Part shown: positions 1-8,831 of the stretch, one piece after another
How positions within the stretch are numbered: the stretch's first letter is position 1
Layout of the letters: the number at the start of each line of letters is the position of its first letter
DNA from: Clostridia bacterium
Lineage (GTDB): Bacteria > Bacillota > Clostridia > Oscillospirales > CAG-272
Assembly: GCA_017502135.1 (NCBI GenBank)
Contig: JAFVVP010000001.1
Span: forward strand, 220,255 to 284,254
Length of the DNA stretch: 64,000 bases
Reading direction: 5' to 3'
The notes under the pieces: generated by a model
Seen by the model: only the letters and a program-made list of their open reading frames with translations
The model's database searches: none
Told to the model about the DNA's origin: nothing
Position numbers and translations under genes: made by a program

Positions 1-1026
1 GAGAAAACGGGTGTGTATGCCTCAATTCCGCCGAAAGCGGTACAGGAGGCACTTCGGGCGCATCCGGAGATTCGCCTCGTCATTCTCACATCGCCTACCT
101 ACGAGGGTGTGATTTCCGATATCGCATCTATAGCCGCGATCACGCACGCGGCGGGCGTGCCGCTCTTTGTCGATGAAGCACACGGCGCGCATCTCTCCCT
201 GTCGCCGTATTTTACCGGCGGTGCAGTTGCCGCAGGCGCGGACGTGGTGGTGCACAGCGTACATAAAACGCTTTTGTCTCTCACGCAGACGGCTGTTCTC
301 CACGCACAGGGCGATTTTGTCGATTTTGATCGACTTTCTCATCAGCTGTCCGTCTTTGAGACGAGCAGTCCGTCCTATCTTCTTATGGCGTCGATCGACG
401 GATGTGTAAAACTTCTCACGGAGAAGCCGGAGCTGTTCGCCGATTGGGCGTCGGCACTCGATATGTTTGACGAAAAGATGAAAGGTCTCGCGCATCTCTC
501 TATCCCGTATCACGGGGGTGGGAAGCCCGACGGCGTTTTCGCCTACGATCGCAGTAAGATATACGTTTGTACAAGCGGTACTTCCATGACGGGTGCGGAT
601 CTCGCCGCCGCTTTGCGCGCCTTCGGTATCGAGCCCGAAATGACGGCATCAAACGGCGTTCTTTGCATGACCGGTATGGGAGATACGAAAGAATCGCTCA
701 CCGTTTTGGCGGATGCTCTCGTCGCGATCGACGCTATGTGTACGCTTGTGAACGAATCCGTGTGCGACGCCCGATACGACGTACCGCCTGTGGCTCTATT
801 ACCTGAGGCGGCACTTGAGGGCGAGTGGGAATTCGTTTCGCTCGGTGAAGCGATCGGGCGTGTTGTCGCGGAGTACGTCTGGGCATACCCGCCGGGCATT
901 CCGCTTCTCGTTCCCGGTGAGGAGATTACTGAAGAATTCGTCCGCTATGCGATCGGTGAGACGAAGCGGATCGAGTGGCACAGTACGCGCGGCGGTATGC
1001 CGCGTGAGGTCGCGGTCTTGCGGTAA
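1..1026 (+). CDS. Orn/Lys/Arg decarboxylase family protein (PLP-dependent), 5' end cut by window edge
   Basis: The frame stays open back to base 1. It has a 'VVHSVHKTL' PLP-lysine-type motif and the C-terminal domain typical of large basic-amino-acid decarboxylases. The N-terminal part is missing. Confidence 0.75.
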   Translation, partial: EKTGVYASIPPKAVQEALRAHPEIRLVILTSPTYEGVISDIASIAAITHAAGVPLFVDEAHGAHLSLSPYFTGGAVAAGADVVVHSVHKTLLSLTQTAVLHAQGDFVDFDRLSHQLSVFETSSPSYLLMASIDGCVKLLTEKPELFADWASALDMFDEKMKGLAHLSIPYHGGGKPDGVFAYDRSKIYVCTSGTSMTGADLAAALRAFGIEPEMTASNGVLCMTGMGDTKESLTVLADALVAIDAMCTLVNESVCDARYDVPPVALLPEAALEGEWEFVSLGEAIGRVVAEYVWAYPPGIPLLVPGEEITEEFVRYAIGETKRIEWHSTRGGMPREVAVLR

Positions 1027-1040
1027 GAAAGGGGAATTTT

Positions 1041-1886
1041 ATGCTTTGGGAAAACCTGAGAGAAGAAGAGTTTACAGATGCGATACGGCGATCAAAGGGC
1101 CTATGTATCGTGCCGATCGGGTGTCTTGAAAAGCACGGACAGCACCTGCCCGTGGGCACGGATGTAATCCAGGCGACGGAGATCGCTCGCCTTGCGGCAG
1201 AGGCTGAATCTGCCGTGGTGTTCCCACCGCTCTATTTCGGTGAGAAGACGGGTGCGGGGGAGTTTTACGGCACGGTGATTCTGAGTGAACGTCTTCGAAT
1301 GGATCTCCTCCGTGAGGTGTGCTTTGAGATTCGCCGAAACGGCTTTTCAAAGATCCTCTTTTTCAACGGACACGGCGGAAACACCGCTATGCTCTCGCAG
1401 CTGATGCGCAGCCTTCTTAAGGATAAAAACGATTTCCTTACGTTTTCGTATTCTCTCGGCTCGGATTTTCCCACGCCGAAAAAACTCCTCGCCGGGCAAT
1501 TTGACTACCTGACGAAGGAGGACAGAAACGTGCTCAATTCCTATGTCGAACAAAAGAAGCGCTTCGGGCACGCCTGCTTTATCGAGACGGGCTGGATCTA
1601 CGGAATCCGTCCCGAGACGGTGCGGCTTGATAAGGTCCACGAGGAAAGCGGCACCACCACGCACCGATTTGACAATTTCTCCGCGATGGGGATCGAAACG
1701 CCGTTTTCGTGGATGGCGAATTACCCCAATTCCTACGCCGGCGACGCGCACGACGGAATGAATGAGCGCATCGCCCGTGCGATGGTGGAGTATTCCGTGA
1801 AAAAACTCGCTGGTGTGATCCATTTTCTGAAAAACGAAACGGTGTCGGATACGTACCTCACCGAATGGCGGGAGAAGCAAAAATAA
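1041..1886 (+). CDS. creatininase-family amidohydrolase
   Basis: 281-aa ORF with the RBS-like 'aaagggga' upstream. Motifs 'GCLEKHGQHLPVGTD' and 'FFNGHGGN' are typical of the creatinine amidohydrolase family. Confidence 0.7.
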   Translation: MLWENLREEEFTDAIRRSKGLCIVPIGCLEKHGQHLPVGTDVIQATEIARLAAEAESAVVFPPLYFGEKTGAGEFYGTVILSERLRMDLLREVCFEIRRNGFSKILFFNGHGGNTAMLSQLMRSLLKDKNDFLTFSYSLGSDFPTPKKLLAGQFDYLTKEDRNVLNSYVEQKKRFGHACFIETGWIYGIRPETVRLDKVHEESGTTTHRFDNFSAMGIETPFSWMANYPNSYAGDAHDGMNERIARAMVEYSVKKLAGVIHFLKNETVSDTYLTEWREKQK

Positions 1887-1925
1887 AACAAGCCCGCAGA
1901 TGTAAGTCTGCGGGCTTGTTTTTTA
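1887..1925. terminator. bidirectional rho-independent terminator
   Basis: Perfect hairpin ACAAGCCCGCAGA-N-TCTGCGGGCTTGT flanked by an A-run and a T-run. It sits between the convergent creatininase and DUF975 genes. Confidence 0.8.
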
Positions 1926-2669
1926 AGTTTCCGACGGAGCAGGTTGGGCTACGGTTTCGATCACGGGACGTGTGCCCGAAATCTCTCGGTAGAAATCGGC
2001 GCGAGCTGCTTTTTTGTACGGCGTCAGCCACAGGTAGCCGATTCCAAACGTAAGGATGCAAAGTAGATCCCAGCCGATAAAGCTGAGTTCCAGACAGAAC
2101 AGTCTGAAACGGTTTCCGTTCATCATTTCCTTGGAGCGTGTTACGGCTTCCCCGGCGGTGAGCGTGGGTGTTTCTGCCATCAGGTAGGGAACCATAGCGT
2201 AGCTGTACGAGGCGATGATCCCGGGAATGATGAAAAGAAGCGACCAGAGGAAGATGTACACATTCCTGAGAAGACTCGCAAGCGTTACCTTTCCCCAATA
2301 GCGGAAATAGGCAAATATATGTGCGAGGTCTGTTTGTCTCTCGTCAATCAGGTAAAGATTGAATCGAGCGTCGCCAACCTCAATGATACTGCCGAGGACA
2401 AAGCCTGCAGCGGCGATCACAAGAAAGAGAGGAATAAGAAGTATCAAAAGAAGGCCCACGGCCAAAAAAGCGGCGAGGATTTCTTCCCGCATAGCGTATT
2501 CCTTCACTATTTCCGTGTCTGAGGAGGGCAGGGAAAATTCAAAATTAAAGCTGGGCCCGGCAGATCCGCCGCCCAAAAGAGAGACGATGACGGATGCCAC
2601 GAGTGCCATGCCCCAGTTACCGGCGAGAGCAGCCCGTGCGGCGGTGCGAAAATCGGATGCGTTTTTCAT
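1923..2669 (-). CDS. DUF975-family integral membrane protein
   Basis: 248-aa multi-TM ORF. The N-terminal 'FRTAARAALAGNWG' and the overall layout resemble DUF975 proteins. Confidence 0.55.
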   Translation of the reverse strand: MKNASDFRTAARAALAGNWGMALVASVIVSLLGGGSAGPSFNFEFSLPSSDTEIVKEYAMREEILAAFLAVGLLLILLIPLFLVIAAAGFVLGSIIEVGDARFNLYLIDERQTDLAHIFAYFRYWGKVTLASLLRNVYIFLWSLLFIIPGIIASYSYAMVPYLMAETPTLTAGEAVTRSKEMMNGNRFRLFCLELSFIGWDLLCILTFGIGYLWLTPYKKAARADFYREISGTRPVIETVAQPAPSET

Positions 2670-2700
2670 AAAGGCTCCTTTCGATAGGAAACGGTGTGAA

Positions 2701-3729
2701 TCAGAAGCGCTGCTGGCGCTGACGGGAGATGTTGATCGCGCCCTCGGGGATCACCGAGATGTGATCGAGAGATTTGCCCGTGCCGATCGCCACGCAGGCA
2801 ACCGGTTTGTCGGCCACGCGCGTCTTGATGCCGGTTACGCTCGAGATAAGGCGGTCAAGCCCGTAGAGCAGACTGCCGCCGCCCGTCATGACGATGCCGT
2901 TGTGGAGGATATCGCCGATGAGTTCCGGCGGCGTGCGCTCAATGACATTGCATACCGATTCTACGATCGCGGTGATCGGTTCTTCCAGTGCATCGGGCAT
3001 TTCAAGAGAACTGATCCGTATGACACGGGGAAGTCCCTGCACGAGGCAGCGTCCCTTTACCTCAATCATACGCGGCTCTTCTCTCTGCCATGCACAGCCG
3101 ACCTTTACCTTGATCTGTTCTGCCGTGCGCTCACCGATGAGGACGTTGTGCTTGCGGCGTACGTAGCGGATGATCGCTTCGTCAAATTTATCGCCAGCGA
3201 CCTTGATCGACTCGGAAACGACGACGCCGCCGAGAGAAATGACGGCGATGTCCGTCGTGCCACCGCCGATGTCGACGACCATGTTGCCGTTCGGCATGGA
3301 GATGTCAATCCCCGCACCTATTGCGGCCGCGACCGGTTCTTCAATCAGATACGTGCGGCGCGCGCCCGCCTGCGTGGCGGCGTCGACAACGGCACGTTCT
3401 TCGACTTCCGTGATACCGCTCGGGACGCAGATGATGACCCGCGGCTTAAAGAGTACCGAGCCGCAGGCACGTCTGATAAAATGCTGCAGCATTTTGAGCG
3501 TTACGTCGTACTGGCTGATGACGCCGTCTCTGAGCGGACGGATCGCTGTAATATTTCCGGGGGTGCGACCGAGCATCTGCTGGGCTTCCCGTCCTACCTT
3601 CAAAATCCGATCGGTGTTGGAGTCAATAGCGACAACGGACGGTTCCGTTACCACGATTCCGCGTCCTTTTACGTATACGAGTACCGAGGCTGTTCCCAGA
3701 TCGATACCGATATCTTTACTCATCCACAT
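2701..3729 (-). CDS. mreB: rod-shape-determining actin homologue MreB/Mbl
   Basis: Carries the actin-fold motifs 'IGIDLGTA', 'VDIGGGTTD' and 'VMTGGGS'. 342 aa; the start may be the third codon, at 3723. Confidence 0.9.
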   Translation of the reverse strand: MWMSKDIGIDLGTASVLVYVKGRGIVVTEPSVVAIDSNTDRILKVGREAQQMLGRTPGNITAIRPLRDGVISQYDVTLKMLQHFIRRACGSVLFKPRVIICVPSGITEVEERAVVDAATQAGARRTYLIEEPVAAAIGAGIDISMPNGNMVVDIGGGTTDIAVISLGGVVVSESIKVAGDKFDEAIIRYVRRKHNVLIGERTAEQIKVKVGCAWQREEPRMIEVKGRCLVQGLPRVIRISSLEMPDALEEPITAIVESVCNVIERTPPELIGDILHNGIVMTGGGSLLYGLDRLISSVTGIKTRVADKPVACVAIGTGKSLDHISVIPEGAINISRQRQQRF

Positions 3730-3925
3730 TCTGTATTATCACCGCTTTCATCTGTAATTTCCAAATATCCGGCACGTTTTAAGCCGTGGGTGTGTTTTAA
3801 GAAATGCATATACACAAACATTATAACGGATTTTTTGTCATTTTGCAATGTGGAACGCGCAATTTTTTCGTTTTATTCGGTTTTTTGTGTCTTTTCGTCC
3901 TGAAACATTCGCTGTTGGAGAGCAA

Positions 3926-3967
3926 GCCAATAAAAGGAGTTGTTGCATTCATAAAAGCAACAACTCC
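3926..3967 (-). terminator. second hairpin terminator downstream of the SCIFF operon
   Basis: 11-bp perfect stem GGAGTTGTTGC/GCAACAACTCC, followed on the minus strand by TTTTATT. Confidence 0.5.
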
Positions 3968-4002
3968 ATTCCATTGGAATTTCAAATATTTGCGTCTTTG
4001 TC

Positions 4003-4042
4003 GAAAATATTTGGGGCTGTCGCGTTTAACTGCGACAGCCCC
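4003..4042 (-). terminator. hairpin terminator immediately after the SCIFF maturase stop
   Basis: 11-bp GC-rich stem GGGGCTGTCGC/GCGACAGCCCC lies 5 nt after the stop codon. The minus-strand tail is AAATATTTT. Confidence 0.55.
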
Positions 4043-4047
4043 TTCGT

Positions 4048-5424
4048 TTATTCGGTTTCCATCTCTGCCACTTTTACCATAAGCGCACATTCGATGCGCT
4101 TTTTGAAGAGTTCACAGCCGTAGCGATATACACCGGCAATATCACCCGTAGCGTGGTAGGCGTTGGCGGCGCATCCGCCGGCGCAGTAGAGCTTTGCCCA
4201 GCAATCCTCGCAATCGGGACGCGAATAGGCGTTACAGCGGGCAAACCGATCGCGCATAGCGGTATTCGTGACGCCTTGCCAGATGTCGCCCATGCTGTAC
4301 GCATCGTCACCGACGAACTGATGGCAGGGGAAGAGTTCGCCCCAGGGGGTAACTGCCATATATTCCGTGCCCGAGCCGCAGCCGGAAACGCGCTTATAGA
4401 TGCACGGACCGCCGTCGAGGCTGATCATGTAGTGATAGAACGTAAAGGGGCGTCCCTCTTTTTTGCGGCTGATCATCTCCACCGCGAGTTTTTCGTACTG
4501 ATCGAACAGAACGGGCATATCCTCTTCGGTCAGCTCGCACGGATCACCCGGCGCGCATACGACCGGCTCCATGCTCAGTTCCGTAAATCCGAGATCCGCC
4601 ATATGTAGAATATCGGCGAGGAAATCGGTGTTGTGGTGGGTGTACGTACCACGGACGTAGTAGCTGAGATCGCCGCGCTTCTCGACGAATTTCTTGAAAT
4701 TCGGAACGATCTTATCGTAGCTGCCCTCGCCCGCAAAGTTTTTGCGGAAGCGGTCGTGCACGTCGCGTCTGCCGTCGAGGCTCAAAACTACGTTGTGCAT
4801 CTCACGGTTGCAGAAATCAATCACTTCGTCGTCAAGAAGAACGCCGTTCGTGGTGAGCGTGAAGCGGATGTTCTTGCCGTGTTTCTTTTCTTCTTCACGG
4901 CCGTACGCCACGATTGCTTTGACTACATCCCAGTTCATAAGCGGCTCTCCGCCGAAGAAGTCGATGTCGAGATTTACGTGCGTGCCGGAGTTTTCAATGA
5001 GAAAATCGATCGCGCGCTTACCGGTCTCAAGGCTCATGATCGCCCGCTCGCCGTGGTATTTTCCCTGACTCGCGAAGCAGTACGTGCAGTTGAGATTGCA
5101 GGTGTGCGCCACGTGCAGGCAGAGCGCCTTGATCGTGTAATTAGACGGACGGTACGTTTTCGCAATTTTCTCGTACACATCCTCGGAAAAGAGCTTCTTC
5201 TCTGCTTTGAGTGCTTCGATATCGTCAATACATTCACGGATCTCCGCCTCGTTCACGTCGGGGAGATGACCGTATTTTTCGAGCATTTTCGAGACGATCT
5301 CGTCGGGTGTGGCGGTCTCATACATGGCGATAATGTCGTACGCCACCTCGTCCACGACGTGCACGGATCCGCTGAAGGTATCAAGTACGATATTGTAGCC
5401 GTTCAGTTTATACTGATGGATCAT
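4048..5424 (-). CDS. scfB: radical SAM/SPASM thioether-forming SCIFF peptide maturase
   Basis: Has the 'CNLNCTYC' CxxxCxxC radical-SAM cluster and a Cys-rich C-terminal SPASM region ('CGSGTEY','CEDCWAKLYCAGGC'). It lies directly downstream of the SCIFF precursor ORF. Confidence 0.9.
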   Translation of the reverse strand: MIHQYKLNGYNIVLDTFSGSVHVVDEVAYDIIAMYETATPDEIVSKMLEKYGHLPDVNEAEIRECIDDIEALKAEKKLFSEDVYEKIAKTYRPSNYTIKALCLHVAHTCNLNCTYCFASQGKYHGERAIMSLETGKRAIDFLIENSGTHVNLDIDFFGGEPLMNWDVVKAIVAYGREEEKKHGKNIRFTLTTNGVLLDDEVIDFCNREMHNVVLSLDGRRDVHDRFRKNFAGEGSYDKIVPNFKKFVEKRGDLSYYVRGTYTHHNTDFLADILHMADLGFTELSMEPVVCAPGDPCELTEEDMPVLFDQYEKLAVEMISRKKEGRPFTFYHYMISLDGGPCIYKRVSGCGSGTEYMAVTPWGELFPCHQFVGDDAYSMGDIWQGVTNTAMRDRFARCNAYSRPDCEDCWAKLYCAGGCAANAYHATGDIAGVYRYGCELFKKRIECALMVKVAEMETE

Positions 5425-5497
5425 AAAATCTCCTTAATATGGAAGCGGGGTGTTGCGCGATCGGCACAACACCCCAGTAATCGGTCTTTAATAAAAA

Positions 5498-5644
5498 TTA
5501 CTTGCTGTTCTTCTCGCAGTTCTGGTTAGCAACGCCGCAGGAGGTCTTGCAAGCGGACTGGCAAGAGGTCTGGCATTCGCCGCAGCCGCCGTTCTTAGCG
5601 GAATCCTTCAGATCACGGGTTTTTACAGTAACAATTCTTTTCAT
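5498..5644 (-). CDS. scfA: six-cysteine ranthipeptide precursor SCIFF (48 aa; below the ORF-track cutoff)
   Basis: Hand translation gives MKRIVTVKTRDLKDSAKNGGCGECQTSCQSACKTSCGVANQNCEKNSK. The 'GGCGECQTSCQSACKTSC' core is the SCIFF signature. The RBS 'aaaggag' lies 7 nt upstream of the ATG at 5644. Confidence 0.92.
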   Translation of the reverse strand: MKRIVTVKTRDLKDSAKNGGCGECQTSCQSACKTSCGVANQNCEKNSK

Positions 5645-5684
5645 TGTTGTACTCCTTTGTGTAGATGATTTAGCAGATAGAAAT

Positions 5685-5713
5685 AGTATACACTATTCTT
5701 GAAATTCTGTCAA
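5685..5713 (-). promoter_or_regulatory. sigma-A promoter of the scfA-scfB operon
   Basis: Minus strand reads TTGACA (5713..5708), a 17-nt spacer, then TATACT (5690..5685), about 40 nt upstream of the scfA ATG. Confidence 0.75.
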
Positions 5714-5722
5714 GTATCAGGC

Positions 5723-5746
5723 GGCGAAAAATGCGGTTTTTTCGCC
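5723..5746 (-). terminator. possible hairpin at the end of the polysaccharide operon
   Basis: GGCGAAAAA-N6-TTTTTCGCC hairpin lies 14 nt past the stop of the last locus gene. There is no separate U-tract, so termination function is uncertain. Confidence 0.3.
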
Positions 5747-5759
5747 CAAAGTGCCTGTG

Positions 5760-6497
5760 TCAGCGGGTAATACCGGTGTATTCTGCCTTTACGCGCTCGT
5801 AGCTTTCGAGATTTCCGATGTCGTACCGTTTTCCGGGCATTTCCATCGCGTATACGGGAGTTTTCGTCGAAAGCCATGCGATATAGCTACCCGGCGCATC
5901 CGTGCCGCAGCCGCTGTCGATACCCTTCTGCACCAACTTAGCGTTTTCCTTAGTATAGTAATAGAACGGAGGACAGCACCAATGTGTTGCGGGAGTCGGC
6001 GATTTTTCTGTCATATTGAGTATTTTGTCATTCTCGTCAATGGTCACGACGCCGCATTTCAAGAGTTTCTTTTCATCGGCCTCGTAGTATCGCATGATGG
6101 CGGAGGCGTTTTTTTCTTTCGCGTAGGCGATGAATTCCGTGAGGCTGAAGTCGAGAACATTATCGCCTGCGATGACGAGCATATCGTCGTCCAGACCAAG
6201 CGTAGTTATAGCAAACTGAATGTCTTTTACCGCGCCGAGACGCGTTTCATTTGAGTCCGTCCCGTCATCGACAACGGTGATTTTCTGTGATTTCGTCTTT
6301 GCCCAATTCTCAAAATGGTGTGCGAATTTGTGGTTAGAGATGACCACGTATTCGTCTACCTCGCCCGCCGTGTCGATATCGTCCACGAGCCAGTCAAGGA
6401 TCGTTTTTTCGCCGACGGTGAGCAGGGGCTTCGGGAAGTTCTCCGTTAAAGGATACAGTCTTGTGGCGTATCCCGCCGCCAAGATGACACATTTCAT
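5760..6497 (-). CDS. sugar-1-phosphate nucleotidyltransferase
   Basis: 'MKCVILAAGYATRLYPLTENFPKPLL' carries the GxGTRL NTP-transferase signature. The internal ATG at 6497 is preferred because the track start at 6569 would overlap the upstream kinase. Confidence 0.8.
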   Translation of the reverse strand: MKCVILAAGYATRLYPLTENFPKPLLTVGEKTILDWLVDDIDTAGEVDEYVVISNHKFAHHFENWAKTKSQKITVVDDGTDSNETRLGAVKDIQFAITTLGLDDDMLVIAGDNVLDFSLTEFIAYAKEKNASAIMRYYEADEKKLLKCGVVTIDENDKILNMTEKSPTPATHWCCPPFYYYTKENAKLVQKGIDSGCGTDAPGSYIAWLSTKTPVYAMEMPGKRYDIGNLESYERVKAEYTGITR

Positions 6498-6510
6498 AGT
6501 TATTACCTCG

Positions 6511-7695
6511 TCAGTTGAGACGCACACCGTCTGCGCTCTCGCAGATGTGTGCAGAGTATTTTCCGTCAAGATGCGGGAACGCTTTCATATATTCGCGTGC
6601 GACCGTTTCTTTGATGCTTTCTTCGTATGCGGGGTCAATCAGTGCCATACAGCATCCCTTGAAGCCGGCACCGGAGAAGCGTCCGCCGTAAATGCCGTCG
6701 GTTCTCGTCATGATCTCGTAAAGCGTTTTGAGCTCCGGCGATCCTGTCTCCCAGTTGGAGATAGAGGACATACCGCTCTCAAAGGAAAGCTTGCCGAAAG
6801 ATTCAATGTCGCCCCGACGCCACGCCTCGGCACCTTTTTGAACGCGATCGAATTCGGTATACCAGTGCTCTGCACGTTTTCTCCAGTTTTCCGGGAGTCT
6901 GTCTTTGTATTGATGGAAGACCTCAACGGGAACGTCACGAAGATTGGTTTCTTCAAATTTTCCATACTCCATACCGGCGTACGCTTTAAGAGCGTAGGCG
7001 GCACTGCGGCACTCGTCCACGCGCATATTAAATGCGGAGCCGGCAAGGCTTCTCTCAAGTCCGCTGAAAAAGATCGCGATTTTGTACGGCTTCATGGTGG
7101 AGTGCTGGGGGATCAGTTCATAGGTGTCGTCAAGGAGATCCATATACAGCAGATGATCCTTTTTGCAGTACACCTCGCAACTTTGGTCGAGTTTACCGCA
7201 GGATACGCCAACGTATTTGTTTTCTGCTTCTTTGGAGATGGTGATCAGCTCCTCAGGCGCAAGGGTGATGCCGTTCATCGCGGAGAGCGCGGAGAGGAAG
7301 GTGATGATCACAGCGGCGGACGACGAAAGACCGCCGATGGGGAGTTCACCGTCAATGACGGCACACAGCCCGCGTCGGAGCGGATATCGCTTATAGAGGG
7401 CGATGGTCGCGCCCCGGAGATGGTCTGCCCAGTCGTTTTCTTTGATTTTCGGTGTTGCCTCTACATGCCACTGTGCCCGCTTATCAAACTGAAGGGACTG
7501 AATTTCAATTACGCCGTTTTCCTTCGGACCGTAGGCAATATGAATACCTTTATTGATCGCAAAGCCCGTGATCTTGCCGAGCTGGTGATCGCTGTGCGCA
7601 CCGATCGGGCAAATACGGTAGGGCGTAAAGGCGGTGTTTTGGGGTGCTTTCTTGTAGATCTCTTCGAATCTTTTTGAAACATTCATTGTTTCCAC
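6511..7695 (-). CDS. galactokinase-family (GHMP) sugar-1-kinase, possibly uronate-specific
   Basis: Has the galactokinase-signature-like 'RICPIGAHSDHQLG', the GHMP ATP motif 'PIGGLSSSAAV', and the C-terminal 'GGRFSGAGFKGCCMALI'. Confidence 0.75.
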   Translation of the reverse strand: METMNVSKRFEEIYKKAPQNTAFTPYRICPIGAHSDHQLGKITGFAINKGIHIAYGPKENGVIEIQSLQFDKRAQWHVEATPKIKENDWADHLRGATIALYKRYPLRRGLCAVIDGELPIGGLSSSAAVIITFLSALSAMNGITLAPEELITISKEAENKYVGVSCGKLDQSCEVYCKKDHLLYMDLLDDTYELIPQHSTMKPYKIAIFFSGLERSLAGSAFNMRVDECRSAAYALKAYAGMEYGKFEETNLRDVPVEVFHQYKDRLPENWRKRAEHWYTEFDRVQKGAEAWRRGDIESFGKLSFESGMSSISNWETGSPELKTLYEIMTRTDGIYGGRFSGAGFKGCCMALIDPAYEESIKETVAREYMKAFPHLDGKYSAHICESADGVRLN

Positions 7696-7724
7696 CTCTT
7701 TTATATGATATAGATGGCGAAACC

Positions 7725-8813
7725 TTATGCGTTGTAAAATGTTTTATACCACTCGGCAAATCGGCGAAGTCCTTCGCGAAGAGACGTGGACGGCTTGAAT
7801 CCGAAATCACGCTCCAAAGCAGAGGTGTCGGCATAGGTGATCGGCACGTCGCCCGGCTGCATTGGAACGAGCTTTTTGTGTGCCTCGAAATTGTAATCTG
7901 CGGGAAGAACTTTTGCACGGATCAGTTCTTCCTCAAGGATCGTTACGAAATCGAGCAGGTTTTCGGGACTATTGTTGCCGATGTTATAGACACGGTACGG
8001 CGGGAGGGGTAAGCCGTCCTCGCCCGTCTCTTTTTCGGGAGCGCACTCCATGACGCGTTTCACACCTTCGACGATGTCATCCACGTAGGTAAAGTCGCGT
8101 TTGCAGTTGCCGTAGTTGAAAATCTCAATAGTTTCGCCCTTAAGTAACTTATTGGTGAAACCGAAATATGCCATATCCGGACGTCCTGCAGGACCGTAAA
8201 CGGTGAAGAAGCGAAGTCCCGTGGAGGGAATGTTGTAGAGTTTCGAGTAGGCATGCGCCATCAGCTCGTTCGATTTTTTCGTTGCCGCGTAGAGGCTCAC
8301 GGGGTTGTCTACCTTATCGTCGGTCGAATAAGGGATCTTCTTGTTCGAGCCGTACACCGAGGAGGAGGAGGCGTACACCAGATGCTCAACGGGATGATCG
8401 GTGTTCATTGTCGCACGGCAGGCTTCGAGGATGTTATAGAAACCGATGATATTGGATTCGATATACACGTCGGGATTGGTGATCGAGTAGCGGACACCCG
8501 CCTGCGCGGCGAGGTTGACCACTACGGAGAAGTGATGCTCCGAAAAGAGGCTGTCGATCAGCTTACGGTCAGCGATATTCCCTTTGACGAACGACCACGC
8601 ACAATCCGGATGTGCGGCGGCTGTCTTTTCGATCTCCGAAAGGCGGTACTCTTTAATGGAGACGTCGTAGTAATCGTTCATACTGTCAAGTCCTACGATG
8701 CGGACGCCTTTGACGGATCGGAAAAGTTCCATGACGAGATTGGCGCCAACGAATCCTGCAGCGCCCGTGACAAGGATTGGTTTATTTTTTAAATCTACAT
8801 TTGGTGTAATCAT
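7725..8813 (-). CDS. NAD-dependent nucleotide-sugar epimerase (UDP-glucuronate 4-epimerase-like SDR)
   Basis: Has the 'VTGAAGFVGANL' Rossmann motif and the 'YAATKKSNE' YxxxK catalytic motif. Length (362 aa) and layout match Cap1J/LpsL-type UDP-GlcA 4-epimerases. Confidence 0.7.
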   Translation of the reverse strand: MITPNVDLKNKPILVTGAAGFVGANLVMELFRSVKGVRIVGLDSMNDYYDVSIKEYRLSEIEKTAAAHPDCAWSFVKGNIADRKLIDSLFSEHHFSVVVNLAAQAGVRYSITNPDVYIESNIIGFYNILEACRATMNTDHPVEHLVYASSSSVYGSNKKIPYSTDDKVDNPVSLYAATKKSNELMAHAYSKLYNIPSTGLRFFTVYGPAGRPDMAYFGFTNKLLKGETIEIFNYGNCKRDFTYVDDIVEGVKRVMECAPEKETGEDGLPLPPYRVYNIGNNSPENLLDFVTILEEELIRAKVLPADYNFEAHKKLVPMQPGDVPITYADTSALERDFGFKPSTSLREGLRRFAEWYKTFYNA

Positions 8814-8831
8814 ATATCAGATCCTCATCGA

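Noticed and set aside
2359-3903. 514-aa plus-strand ORF
   Set aside because: Antisense to DUF975 and mreB, with arginine/alanine-rich shadow composition and no recognisable domain.
6220-7677. 485-aa plus-strand ORF
   Set aside because: Antisense shadow of the GHMP kinase and nucleotidyltransferase genes.
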